A stretch of DNA of 64,000 nt from an uncultured bacterium. Lineage in GTDB: Bacteria; Chloroflexota; UBA5177; JANWHV01. The position numbers and the translations under genes were made by a program. Within the stretch, counting starts at the first letter, position 1. Each line of letters starts with the position of its first letter. Positions 40,386-50,443 of the stretch are shown here, piece by piece. The stretch covers positions 672,001 through 736,000 of the forward strand of contig CAWHAE010000009.1 in NCBI GenBank assembly GCA_963827235.1, written 5' to 3'. The notes below the pieces were generated by a model. That model had not been told where the DNA came from, did not search any database, and saw nothing but the letters and a program-made list of their open reading frames with translations.

Positions 40386-41474
40386 GTGGCAAGCATGCAA
40401 GACATCGTCCGGACTGCCCCATCGTGTTGGCAGGATCTCGCATGGTGGAACGAGCAAGTCGGAGGCGCGATCGCGACCCCCGATCCAGTGCTGGCCAACC
40501 TGCGCATCACGGTGACTCACTACCACCTGTCTCTCGCTTTGCGAGAGCTCCTCGGCCCCCAGGCGGGCGCCAACTTCCACACCTGGGCTGCGTGGGGGTC
40601 CAAGAAGGCCGGGGTGACTATTCGGCAGGAAGATGTGCCACATATTCGCGCCGGAGCACTGTTTGCCGGCGGCGCGCTCGGCGCGCTGAGCACGGCGGAG
40701 CTCCGGCATCGCCTAGCGCGCGCCCGGAACATCTCGTTCGTGACGGGCATTCTGCTCGGCGGCTTGGGCATCCGGACATTGACGCGACAGCTGCTCGACC
40801 ATGCCAGCCGGATGATTCTGGAGGGCAACATCACCGTGCTGGCCGATATCGGCCGCCAGTCCGCTCGCTTCGTCAGCACCTTCTATGGACATGCCAATCC
40901 GGATGCGGAGCGACTGGACGGCTTCCTCGCTCAGCTACAGCCTGGCCAGGCGGCAGCAGGAGGCCAGGATCTCCTCGCGAAAGCGTTCACGCACTACTAC
41001 CGGGCCTGGCATGCTCAGGACCTCAACGAGAAGCACGAGCAAATGCTGCTGGCCAACCTCTATGCCATCCTGCACGAGCACATCCGTTTGCAGCCATACA
41101 TCGTGGGAGCGATGCCGCTACTGGCACGACGGCTCATCACCCACCGCTTGCTCAACTTCTACGCCGGATTGCGAAGGATGAGCGTGGGCAGAGACGTGGC
41201 GCCTTTCGAGGATCCGGGCTGTCCCTGCACGTTGCGGCACATCGAGAGCGCCGAGCTCTTGGGATTCTTGGGCGGGCCGAATGGCTGGGACAGGACGCTG
41301 GACAGCGTGCTGGGCAGTCATGCAAACAACTGGGCCGATATCCACGACCGGATGAACTTCATCTGCGATCTCTTCCGCCAGTATCACTTCGATGCAACGC
41401 TGTTCACTGCTCCCTACGACGACCGGCAGCGCGCGGATATCGCAAGCGGGCGGATCCCCAAGCCGCCGCTCTGA
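40386..41474 (+). CDS. Conserved-looking hypothetical helical protein
   Basis: 362-aa ORF with GGAG RBS; motifs ANFHTWAAWGSK, GNITVLADIG, HEHIRLQPYI, WADIHDRMNFI. Confidence 0.75.
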   Translation: MASMQDIVRTAPSCWQDLAWWNEQVGGAIATPDPVLANLRITVTHYHLSLALRELLGPQAGANFHTWAAWGSKKAGVTIRQEDVPHIRAGALFAGGALGALSTAELRHRLARARNISFVTGILLGGLGIRTLTRQLLDHASRMILEGNITVLADIGRQSARFVSTFYGHANPDAERLDGFLAQLQPGQAAAGGQDLLAKAFTHYYRAWHAQDLNEKHEQMLLANLYAILHEHIRLQPYIVGAMPLLARRLITHRLLNFYAGLRRMSVGRDVAPFEDPGCPCTLRHIESAELLGFLGGPNGWDRTLDSVLGSHANNWADIHDRMNFICDLFRQYHFDATLFTAPYDDRQRADIASGRIPKPPL

Positions 41475-42092
41475 TGCACGGCAGCACCCGCACGACTCGG
41501 CTGGACGGATCGGGAACGACTCTGCTCCTGCCGGGTGGCCGGTGACAATTCCACGCCGGCAGACAAGGGCGCGGGCAACGGCATACCCGCTAGATCTGCA
41601 AGAAGGAGCTCGAGCCTTCCGCTTCCCGTGGAGGGGTCAGGAAACGTGCCGGCACGACGTGGCAGTATCGCTCCTGGACCAGGGCCGAATACAGCTGCAG
41701 AGCACGAGCAAGGCGCGTCTGCGCTTCGTGGATCGTTTCCGGAATACCGGCGTTCTCGGCCTGGGCGAGCAGCCTGCGGCAGCGGTTGACGTCGGTTTGA
41801 GCCTGTAGCAGTAGATCGGCCATGTGCGGCACCCTCGCATTTCACCCCATCGAGTCGTCGTATGGGCCTACTCTACTGCGCAGGTATTGGCGCGCTGTCA
41901 GCGCGCTGTAAATACGTGTAAATGGTGTGTTAACTTGCTGGATGGATTTCGTCTCGCCGATTCGCGGAGCGCTCTACACGATGTCGCGACGGTCGAGACC
42001 AACGCGGAGAGCGCGCCACGACCCTCTGAGATTCCGCCGCCCAAACGCGGGCGTCCATGCACAATCCTTCGGGACCCGTACGTTCGCCGGCG

Positions 42093-43751
42093 CTACACAA
42101 GATCGCCCAGCTCCGCTTCTCGCAGCGCGCCATCTTGCATCTCCAGCACACGGGAGGCGAGACGGCGGATGGCGAAGCGGTCGTGCAGGACTGCCACGAT
42201 CGTGCCGGAAAAGCCGGCCAGTGCCGCCTCAAAGCGTGCGCGCGAGGGGATGTCCAGGTGATTGGTCGGCTCGTCGAGCAGTAGCAGGTTGCAGCGCGCG
42301 GCGATCAGCCGCGCCAGGGCCAGGCGGGCTCGCTCCCCATAGCTGAGCCTGCCGATCGGCGTGAAGACCGCGTCGCCGCCGAAGAGGTAGGCATGCAGCA
42401 GGGAGCGTGCTTCCGTCTCATCCATCGGCCGTACCTGCCGCAGCAATTCCAGCGGCGTTTGGTCCGGCTCGAGCAGCTCCTGGTCCTGGCTGAGGTATCC
42501 CGGAATCACACCGGCGCCGAGCCGCAGCGATCCACGGTCCGGCTGCAGCGCCCCTGCCACGATCTTGAGCAGGGTAGTCTTGCCACCGCCGTTCGCCCCG
42601 GTGATCACCAGTCGCTCTCCATGCCGTACCAGCAGGTCCAGGTCGCGCAGCACGGGCACGCCCTGATAGCCCTTGCCCAGGCCTTCCGCCCGCACCACGT
42701 CACGGGCGCCTCCTTCGACGGGAGCGAACGCCAGCTTGAGCGCCCAACCTGCCCGCGGCTTCTCTATTGTCTCGACCTCGAGGCGCTTCTCCAGCTTCCG
42801 CTCGCGGACGATAGCCTTGCGCGCCCCTTTCGCCGCGCGCTGCTTGGATGCCATCTTCTTGCCACGCGTGTCTCCGTGATCGTAGGTGGAAGCCGAGCGA
42901 TGTTCCGTGCGGCGAGCCTGCTCCTTGAGCTCGTGGATGTCCTTCTGGATGCGGGCACGCTCCCGCTCCTGGCGCTCGTAGCGCTCCAGTTGCGCTTCCC
43001 GCTCCTGCTGCTTTGCCGCCTCGTAGGCGGAATAGTTGCCGGGGTATGACTTGACCGCGTGCGTGGCGCCGTCCAGCTCCAGCACCGTGTTCACCGTCTC
43101 GTCGAGGAAGGTGCGATCGTGGGAGACGATCAAGGCGGAGCCCGGATAGGAGCGCAGAAAGGACTCCAGGGCGCGCAGGCCATCGATGTCGAGATGGTTG
43201 GTGGGCTCGTCGAGCAGCAGCAGATCCGGGGTATCCAGCAGGAGGCTTGCCAGGGCAAGCCGCGCTCTCTGCCCGCCGCTGAGCGTCTGCGCCAACCGGC
43301 ACGGATCGATTTCCTGCAGGCCCAGGTCGCGCAGGATGTTGTCGGCGCGCTCGAGCGCCTCGTAGCCACCCGCGCTCTCGAAGGCCGCCGCCGCGCGCTC
43401 GTAGCAAGCGACCGGCGCGTCACTTGCGCCGCCGGCCAGAGCGTCGGCCGCGTGGAGCATCGCCGCGTGCGCGGCCACCGCGCCACCGCCCGGATGCAGG
43501 AGCTGCTGTACGGATAGGGTTTCATCGCCCAGGTAGCCCTGCCGCAGATAGCCGAGGCGAGTGCCGGGAGAGAGGAAGACCGATCCCTCGTCCGGCGCGA
43601 GGCAACCGGCAATGATCGCCAGCAGCGTGCTCTTGCCACATCCGTTGGGACCGATGATACCCGCTCGCTCTGCGGGTGAGAGAACGAAGGAGACGCCCTG
43701 CAAGACCGTTCGGCCCGCGAAGCGTTTGGCCAGATCGCTAATACGCAGCAT
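42093..43751 (-). CDS. ABC-F family ATPase (ribosome-protection-like)
   Basis: Two ABC domains (GPNGCGKS, LSGGQ, LLDEPTNHLD; GANGGGKT, LSYGE), no TM segments, long charged inter-domain linker. Confidence 0.93.
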   Translation of the reverse strand: MLRISDLAKRFAGRTVLQGVSFVLSPAERAGIIGPNGCGKSTLLAIIAGCLAPDEGSVFLSPGTRLGYLRQGYLGDETLSVQQLLHPGGGAVAAHAAMLHAADALAGGASDAPVACYERAAAAFESAGGYEALERADNILRDLGLQEIDPCRLAQTLSGGQRARLALASLLLDTPDLLLLDEPTNHLDIDGLRALESFLRSYPGSALIVSHDRTFLDETVNTVLELDGATHAVKSYPGNYSAYEAAKQQEREAQLERYERQERERARIQKDIHELKEQARRTEHRSASTYDHGDTRGKKMASKQRAAKGARKAIVRERKLEKRLEVETIEKPRAGWALKLAFAPVEGGARDVVRAEGLGKGYQGVPVLRDLDLLVRHGERLVITGANGGGKTTLLKIVAGALQPDRGSLRLGAGVIPGYLSQDQELLEPDQTPLELLRQVRPMDETEARSLLHAYLFGGDAVFTPIGRLSYGERARLALARLIAARCNLLLLDEPTNHLDIPSRARFEAALAGFSGTIVAVLHDRFAIRRLASRVLEMQDGALREAELGDLV

Positions 43752-43971
43752 GCACAACCCCCTGGTGCACGGTCGACGTGTGGAGCAACCGGCGCGGCGT
43801 GCACGTGCATAGAGCGGCGCGCGGCGCGGCAAAACGATCGAGGGGCGGAGCAGCCGAAAGGTAAGCTGTGCGAGGGGAGCTGCCGCGAGTCGCGGCGACA
43901 CCAGGCAGGCGATGAGAGGCACAGGCGACAACTCGAGCGTCGCCACAGCCTACTCGCTACTCAGCCCGGTG

Positions 43972-43983
43972 TTATCTGGTCAT
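43972..43983 (-). promoter_or_regulatory. 3-codon leader uORF (Met-Thr-Arg) in the ABC-F 5' leader
   Basis: GAGGA RBS, then ATG ACC AGA TAA; TGGTACGAT extended -10 at 44022-44014. Confidence 0.65.
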
Positions 43984-44069
43984 ACGTCCTCGCTTACTGC
44001 GTCCAACCTACCGATCGTACCACTCGGCGGTACCCCGGCGCAATCACATGTAGCACCCGATACAGGGCT

Positions 44070-45595
44070 GAAGTGAAAATGGCTCGTGCCTACACAGCGA
44101 CGTCCGCGGACTCCCGAAGCTGGAGGGATACATCGAAGCCCAAGGCCTGCAAACGGCGGACGAGTCGACGCTGGGCAGCCTGCTTGTCGCGCTGGTCAAG
44201 ATAGGTGACGCCCAGCTCCTGATACGGTTCATGGTCACGCAGGAGGTGGTAGACGATGACAAGGATGCTGCGGGCCACGGCCACCGCAGCCCGCTTCTTG
44301 CCGCGGCGTGCCAGCAGGCGATGGTAGAGTGCGCCAAGGTACGTGTTCTTGGCGTGCCCAGCGGCGTGCGCAGCGTCGACGAGCAGCGCGCGCAACCAGG
44401 GACTGCCCTTGCGTGTCTTGCCGCTCTTGCGTTTGCCCGCACTGATGTTGTTGCCAGGGGCGACGCCAGCCCATGAGGTCAGATGGTTCGCGCTGGGAAA
44501 GCGGCGCATGTCGGTCCCGATCTCGGCGATGATGGACTGGGCAGCGACGAGCCCAATGCCCGTGATGGCGTCCAACCGCTCGATGTCCTCTGCACTCAGG
44601 GCAACGCGGCTCGCAACCTCGGCACTGACGCGCTCGATGGCCCCATCCAGGTAATCGATGTGTGCCAGCTGCTCGGCCAGCACGAAGCATTGGTGTGGGC
44701 CGACCGTGCCGCTGAGGGCCTGCTGGAGTTGGGGAATCTTCTCCCGCATGCGCCCGCGTGCGAACTGCGCCATGGTGGCGGGGTCGGCCGTGCCCGCGAT
44801 CAGGGCTGCCAGCACGTCTCGCCCAGATGCGCCGGTGATGTCCGATGCCACGCTACTCAGTTTAGTGTTGCCGCCTTCGAGCACCTTCTGCACCCGATTG
44901 ACTTCGTCCGCGCGCTCCCGAACCAGGGCCGTACGGTAGCGGGTCAGCTCCCGCAGTTCCCGCAGCGGGCAGTCAGGGATGAAGCTCGCCCGCAGCAAGC
45001 CGTGCCGCAGCAGGTCCGCTAGCCAGGCGGCATCCCGGACATCGGTCTTGCGCCCTGGCACCTGCTTGATGTGAGTGGCGTTGACCACGATGACCGTCGG
45101 CACCACGCCTTCCAGCAGGTTGTATGGCGGCTTCCAATAACTCCCGGTCGACTCCATCGCCACCGCCGGGCACGCCGCCACCAGCCAGTCCACGAGCGCC
45201 AGCAAGTCGCTGGTCATGGTGCCGAAGTGCGCACCTCCTGCTGCGGCACCCCTGCAACGCCTGGGGTGAGCAGACAGGCGACCACGCTCTTCTTGTGCAC
45301 GTCCAGACCACAGCACCGCTCGTACAGGACCTCCATCGCGCTGCTCCTTCCTCCAGGCGCGTCCACCCGCTGCGAGATGGTGCGCGGGAGTGCCCCATAA
45401 CGCGGAGTCTGAAGTGCGTGCTCTCCCGAAGGAGGCAACAGCCGGTGCTACCCAAGGGCACTCCGGTCAATCCTATGCGCGGGCTCGTAGCACCAGCCTT
45501 GTTCCGACCTTCGTGCGTCCTCACCGTCTCGCCCCCACGATACCACCCAGTGGTCTCGCGCAGCACAACCACATTTTCATGGGCGGTGGTGGTCC
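44070..45595 (-). mobile_element. IS110 family insertion sequence
   Basis: DEDD recombinase plus ~250-bp upstream non-coding region; short inverted TGAAAATG (44074-44081) and CATTTTCA (45572-45579). Ends approximate. Confidence 0.85.
44090..45336 (-). pseudogene. IS110 transposase/recombinase with a 1-bp frameshift near 45229
   Basis: CGLDVHK, then frameshift, then AMESTGSYW, GRKTDVRDA, WAGVAPGNNISAGK. Confidence 0.9.
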
Positions 45596-45653
45596 ATGAC
45601 CATGCGTATCTTGTTCCCAAACCGGGGGCATGCGCCGGCGCGCGGAGACTCCA

Positions 45654-46229
45654 TGGGTGAGACTGTGAAGGTAATGCGGGCAGGTGATCCCATATGGGTC
45701 GTCGACTATGACCCTGCCTGGCCAGCGCTCTTCGCCCGGCAGGCAGCAGAACTCCGTGCGGCATTAGGTCTGGTTGCGGCGCGTATCGACCACATTGGGT
45801 CAACTGCTGTTCCAGCCACGCTCGCCAAACCTGTAATCGACGTTCAGATCTCGGTGTCCGATCTAGAGCCCGTGGGCCGCTACCGCCTCCTCCTGGAGAG
45901 GTCGGCATATCTACAGCGCCGACAACCCCGATCGCACCAAGCGCTACTTCCGCGAGATCCCAGGGCAGCGCCGCACACACCTGCACGTCCGGCGCGCCGG
46001 GAGTTTTGGCGAGCAGTTCGCGCTGTTGTTCCGGGATTTCATGCGGGCCCATCGGGAGGCTGCCCAGCAGTATGGAGCACTCAAAGTGGAGCTGGTGCGG
46101 CTCTATCCTCGCGTGGAGGATCGCCACGCCTACACGGCAGCCAAGACCCCGTTCATATGGAACATCATGACCCAAGCAGACGCGTGGGCGCAGGAGACCG
46201 GATGGCTGCCAGGTCCTTCGGACGCCTGA
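45654..46229 (+). pseudogene. GrpB family protein, frameshifted near 45900
   Basis: YDPAWP..F, HIGSTAVP..LAKPVID, then THLHV, FRDFMRAH, Y..LK, YT.AK in a second frame. Confidence 0.8.
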
Positions 46230-46356
46230 AGGGCGCCCTTGTCCTTCTTGGGCGCACCTTCCGTGGAGTACCCGGCCGGGCTTCCTGGGCGCTATCGGTA
46301 TGGGACAGATTGCGTTCCCAGCTTGGTCGCTCAATCCATGAAGAATCGGGAACTAC

Positions 46357-46894
46357 ATGAACGAGAGGCAGCTTACCCTCATTGAAGAGCTCACTTCGAT
46401 CTGTCACTCGCTGCCAATCGAGTTGTGGCTGCGCGGCGGCTGGGCTGTAGATTTCTTCATCGGGCGTGTCACCCGCGAGCACGAGGACATCGACCTGTTC
46501 ATCTGGGCAACTGACGCTCCTGCATTGGCGCGCGAGCTTGATCGTGCCGGTTTACGGCCCAAGCCGGACCGCCGGCCGACGCGCAGCGTAACTTTACGAA
46601 GGCCGGCGAGGATCTTCAGATAGCCCTGCTGAGCAAGAGCCAGAACGGCGCAAGAGCCAGAACGGCGAGGTTGTGGTCGCAGGCGGCCCAGCCGCCGGAG
46701 CACCGTGGCCGAGTGGTATGCTTGCTGGCACTGTGGGGTGCATCGGCCATCTCGTGTGCCCCATCATTGAGCCGCGCGTGCAGATCGAGATCAAGCAGAA
46801 GTTTCCGGACTGGCGGCCGGATCTGCCACGGTACCCGAAGCACCAGGCCGATATCGCGCTGCTGCGCGCTGCACTGGTACGTACCGAGGGATAG
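46357..46894 (+). pseudogene. Aminoglycoside/lincosamide nucleotidyltransferase-like protein, disrupted
   Basis: WLRGGWAVDF..GRVTREHEDID; frameshift(s) and a 17-bp tandem duplication at 46633-46666. Confidence 0.75.
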
Positions 46895-46949
46895 CGGCGG
46901 CAAGGAGGTTCGCGTTTACATCACACAATCACGCCGGAGAGCGCCCCGC

Positions 46950-47810
46950 TCATCCGGCCGGATCGCTCGACCGGAGGCCGACGTACAGCAGGTGGGCACT
47001 CGTGCCGAGCAGCGAGAGATCGCCCGCAGTCTCGATTGCCAGATCAAGCACGCGTCGGTAGCCGGCCGGGTCCACAGCTTCCATGGCAGCCAGAGCTTCG
47101 CCAAGCCCGGAGGCGAACCCGTTGGCGGCCAGGAGCGCTTGGGTGGTAAAGCCATGCGCCTCGAAGAATGGCGCGACCTGCTCGGCTCGTACACCATAGC
47201 AGCTGGTGAAGCGGCCCGGTACCGCGTTCCCGTAGATGCCCTTCTCGAGAAGCGGCCGCAAGAAAGCCGGATCTGCCAGTTGGAACCGTTCGTCCTCCAG
47301 CATGAGGGTACGGCGAAGGAAGGCGTAGACGGGCATCATGGCGACGAACACCAGCCCGCCGGGCCGGAGCACCCGCGCCATCTCCGTGCAAGCGCGATCG
47401 CGGTCCGGCTCGTCTGGCAGGTGGTAAAACGGCCCGAATGAGAGCACGGCGTCGAACGACGCATCGTTCCAGCGACTCAGGTCACGGGCATCGGTCTCGA
47501 CAATCGCCTCGACCATCCCGGCCACCGGCGAGCGACGAATCCGCTCGCGCGCGGCGGCCACAAGAACGGGGGAGAGATCGGCGAGCACCACGCGGTGCCC
47601 GCGCTCTGCCAGCCACAGCGTGTAGCGACCGGGTCCGCCGCCGATATCGAGCACACGCGAACCCGTGGGCAGGCACGTCTCCAGCGCGTGCGTGACCACC
47701 GCGAACTCTACAGGGCCGTCGTGAGCAGGGCTTGTGAGCCGGTCCCACTCTCGCTCTGCGCGAGCCGCATAGTAGTGAAGCATGGCATCCCGAGAGGCGT
47801 CAGGATCCAT
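46950..47810 (-). CDS. Class I SAM-dependent methyltransferase
   Basis: VLDIGGGPGRY, FDAVLSFGPFYHL, RVLRPGG. Confidence 0.92.
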   Translation of the reverse strand: MDPDASRDAMLHYYAARAEREWDRLTSPAHDGPVEFAVVTHALETCLPTGSRVLDIGGGPGRYTLWLAERGHRVVLADLSPVLVAAARERIRRSPVAGMVEAIVETDARDLSRWNDASFDAVLSFGPFYHLPDEPDRDRACTEMARVLRPGGLVFVAMMPVYAFLRRTLMLEDERFQLADPAFLRPLLEKGIYGNAVPGRFTSCYGVRAEQVAPFFEAHGFTTQALLAANGFASGLGEALAAMEAVDPAGYRRVLDLAIETAGDLSLLGTSAHLLYVGLRSSDPAG

Positions 47811-48199
47811 GCACAGCACCCTCCCGTCGTAGCCTCAAGTGCAGCTCCGCGCCGAGTTGCAAGGCTCGCTCGACCGTTGGCGTGCTGAGCTTGCCCATGG
47901 CAGGTGGTCCATATAGCGGCGCGGGGTTCATGGCGGCAGGATACAGGCATGGACGATCTCGCGACAAGATAGCTTCCGCCGACAGCATCGGCGGAGGTCA
48001 CCGGTGAGGATCTCGCGCGCCAGAGCGTGCATCTCCTCGGGCATCGCAAGCTCTTCGTGCTGTACCGCGCGCATCCGGGTCAGGAATAGAGCGTCTTGCG
48101 CACGCAGGAGCGGTGCTGTGGAGAACTGGAAATAGGATCGTATCGGCGCTGCCGAGCAGGAAGAGAATCCGACGGTGCTGCTGCGGCTGTCCAGCGGCT

Positions 48200-48440
48200 A
48201 CGCCTTCAGGTGCGGACACACGGTTCTTGCCGGGCTACTGCGTTCTCATGGCTGTGCCTCAGGTCAATCGCCTGACCGACCTGCCGCGTGACTGTCGGAG
48301 AGTGTTCCTGCTGGAGATGAGCCTGCTGGGCGTGGCAGTGATGACGGTGTGCACGCCCAGGCGCATCAACTACGAGATCCCGGGCACCACGGACGCCTAC
48401 CTGCACGCCCACGTGAGGGTGCGCTACGACCGGGAGCCTG
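48200..48440 (+). pseudogene. HIT-family hydrolase remnant
   Basis: FLPGYCVL...RINYEI.G..D.YLHAHV..RY. Confidence 0.6.
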
Positions 48441-48648
48441 CAGAGCAGTCGGGCCCGGCGAGAAGCCTCGCCTCGGCCGGGGACCGCTCTCGCCGGATCC
48501 GCGGCCGGGACGGCGCTCCCCTCGCGCACCACGCCCTCGGTGATAGTGCTCATGCCGTCCCGGACGCGACCGGCCGCCTTTGCCCGTCGCCGCGATGCTG
48601 GCGAGCAAAGGCGGCCAGGTGGAGTAGAAGCTGCGTCGAAGCGGCAGC

Positions 48649-49452
48649 TCAGTCGGACGTCGTCGCGGTGGGCACGCCCGTGGTCGTGGTCATCGGCTGT
48701 GCCGTTGTCGTGGTGGGCGATTGCGTCGTGGTAGTAGGCGCGGGAGTCGTGCTGGTGGTGGTGGTCGGCTGCGGCGTAGTAGTTGTGATGGGCGCCATCG
48801 TGGTGGTCGGCTGCGGCGTAGTAGTTGTGATGGGCGCCATCGTGGTGGTCGGCTGCGGCGTAGTAGTCGTGATGGGCGCCATCGTGGTGGTCGGCTGCGG
48901 CGTAGTAGTCGTGATGGGCGCCGTCGTCGTGGTTGACGCGGGAGTCGTGCTCGTGGTAGGGGCTGCCGTCGTGGTCGTGGAGGTCGTGGTCGGGCGCCTG
49001 GTAGTGGTGGTCGTTGGGCGCCTGGTGGTCGTTGGGCAGCGGTGCCGGTGGCGATCGGGATCAGGATCGGAGATCGGGTCCGCGAGCGCAGGCACCGCGG
49101 GTGCTACGATCGGCATGAGGACCAGCGACAATCCTGCCGCCGTCAGCCGCGTGATCACCTGCCGTCTCGAGAGCGTGGCCGGGCGGGAGTCGCCGTGCTG
49201 GAACAGACCGGCACTCCTCAGCTCCTCCAGCGCCAGGTCCAGCAATCCTTCAGCCTGCTGCTGAGAGACGTTGAACGTGCGCTGCAGAAGCCGGACCAGC
49301 TGCTGTGGCGTGGTCTCGCCATCACAATGCTGCCACACCAGGCTGGTCGTGGCGTTCAGGACGAAGCTCTTCCCTCGCTGCCAGTCAAAGAGGCCCAGCC
49401 CATCTCCGATGGCCTCCACTCGGACTGTGGTGATCTTCTGCGGGTTGTGCAC
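48649..49452 (-). CDS. PqqD/RRE domain fused to a twin-Arg-like leader and a mucin-like Thr/Pro-rich repeat core
   Basis: GGGAGAG RBS before GTG; LNATTSLVWQHCDG...L..ALEEL.SAGL (PqqD pattern); LSRRQVI, hydrophobic stretch, PALA; then TTTT-rich repeats. Confidence 0.85.
   Translation of the reverse strand: MHNPQKITTVRVEAIGDGLGLFDWQRGKSFVLNATTSLVWQHCDGETTPQQLVRLLQRTFNVSQQQAEGLLDLALEELRSAGLFQHGDSRPATLSRRQVITRLTAAGLSLVLMPIVAPAVPALADPISDPDPDRHRHRCPTTTRRPTTTTTRRPTTTSTTTTAAPTTSTTPASTTTTAPITTTTPQPTTTMAPITTTTPQPTTTMAPITTTTPQPTTTMAPITTTTPQPTTTTSTTPAPTTTTQSPTTTTAQPMTTTTGVPTATTSD
48758..48925. repeat. 42-bp x4 tandem repeat encoding (M/T)APITTTTPQPTTT
   Basis: Units start at 48758, 48800, 48842 and 48884 and differ at only 1-2 positions. 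Confidence 0.95.
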
Positions 49453-49529
49453 GCGTGTCTCTCCCTGGATATGCGGATGAGCGAGAACCGTGGGACAAAG
49501 CACAAAGAGTGACGGATGCGCCGGGCCGG

Positions 49530-50330
49530 TCAGTCCATAGACGCCACCTCCTGCACCGGCTGCCCGGCCGGCGTTTGCAGGCGCGCGGATACCATGCTGC
49601 AATAGTCCTTCTGCCAATGTGGTACCAGACTGATGCGTCCGAGGCGAATGTGGCCGGCCGCAGCGCTTCGTTGCACGTACGCCTCGACTTCCTGGTGGCC
49701 CACGTTCTCGCCCGGCTGGTAGTTGCCAAAGCCGCTCATATGATAGGATCCCGTGCCGCCCCAGCGATAGACGTAATAGATGTCTTGCGGTCTGATGTCG
49801 TAGGGCGCGATCGCGCCGGGAAATCGTCGCGCAAGGCGGGTCTCGAAGTCCCAGTCATACCCCGTTCCCTCGGCCGCGTACCCTCCTACGGCGTCAAACA
49901 ACGTGCGCGTCCAGCAGCTCCCGGCATGGAACAGATTGGCCTCGGGACCGCGCAGCGTACCGCTGTCCAGGACCCATCCTTTGTCGGGCTTGAAGAAGCG
50001 CTGCTGCGGTGCGAGCTTCTCCACCGTAAAGGACAGCCTGTGAGGCAGGTAGATGTCGTCGTCATCCCAGACGAAGAGCAGATCGTGCGCGGCCAGGGCG
50101 ACGGCCATGTTCATCTTTTCGCCCACGGTGCGCAGGCGCTTGGGCAGGTTCACCATCCGCACCTCGGGATGGTCGATCTCCAGGTACTGCTTATCGTAGT
50201 CGTTCAAGACGATCAGCTCTTTCGGCCCGGCGTACTCCTGCCGGAGAAAGGAGAAGATGGCCTCCTCCAGCAGCGCCGGACGGGCATACGTCAGACAAAT
50301 ACAGCTGACGGGCGGATACCGATTCAACAT
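49530..50330 (-). CDS. Glycosyltransferase family 2 protein
   Basis: PPVSCICLTYAR..LLEEAI, ELIVLND, WDDDDIYLPHRL (DxD). Confidence 0.92.
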   Translation of the reverse strand: MLNRYPPVSCICLTYARPALLEEAIFSFLRQEYAGPKELIVLNDYDKQYLEIDHPEVRMVNLPKRLRTVGEKMNMAVALAAHDLLFVWDDDDIYLPHRLSFTVEKLAPQQRFFKPDKGWVLDSGTLRGPEANLFHAGSCWTRTLFDAVGGYAAEGTGYDWDFETRLARRFPGAIAPYDIRPQDIYYVYRWGGTGSYHMSGFGNYQPGENVGHQEVEAYVQRSAAAGHIRLGRISLVPHWQKDYCSMVSARLQTPAGQPVQEVASMD

Positions 50331-50443
50331 GCGTGCGGCTCACTCACTCCGTTACGTGGATAGACGACGTGCGTTCATCTGAATCAGGGAACCGGCTCCG
50401 GAACCCTAACTCGGGACTCCTGTTCTCGGGCCCAGGGGGAGCG

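Noticed and set aside
41590-41832. 80-aa ORF as a gene
   Set aside because: Plausible helical peptide but no motif or clear support; left uncalled.
48758-48925. CRISPR array
   Set aside because: Contiguous in-frame coding repeats with no unique spacers, and no cas genes in the window.
48113-49264. 383-aa Val-rich ORF on the + strand
   Set aside because: The poly-Val part is the antisense of the Thr repeats; only the HIT-like stretch looks real.
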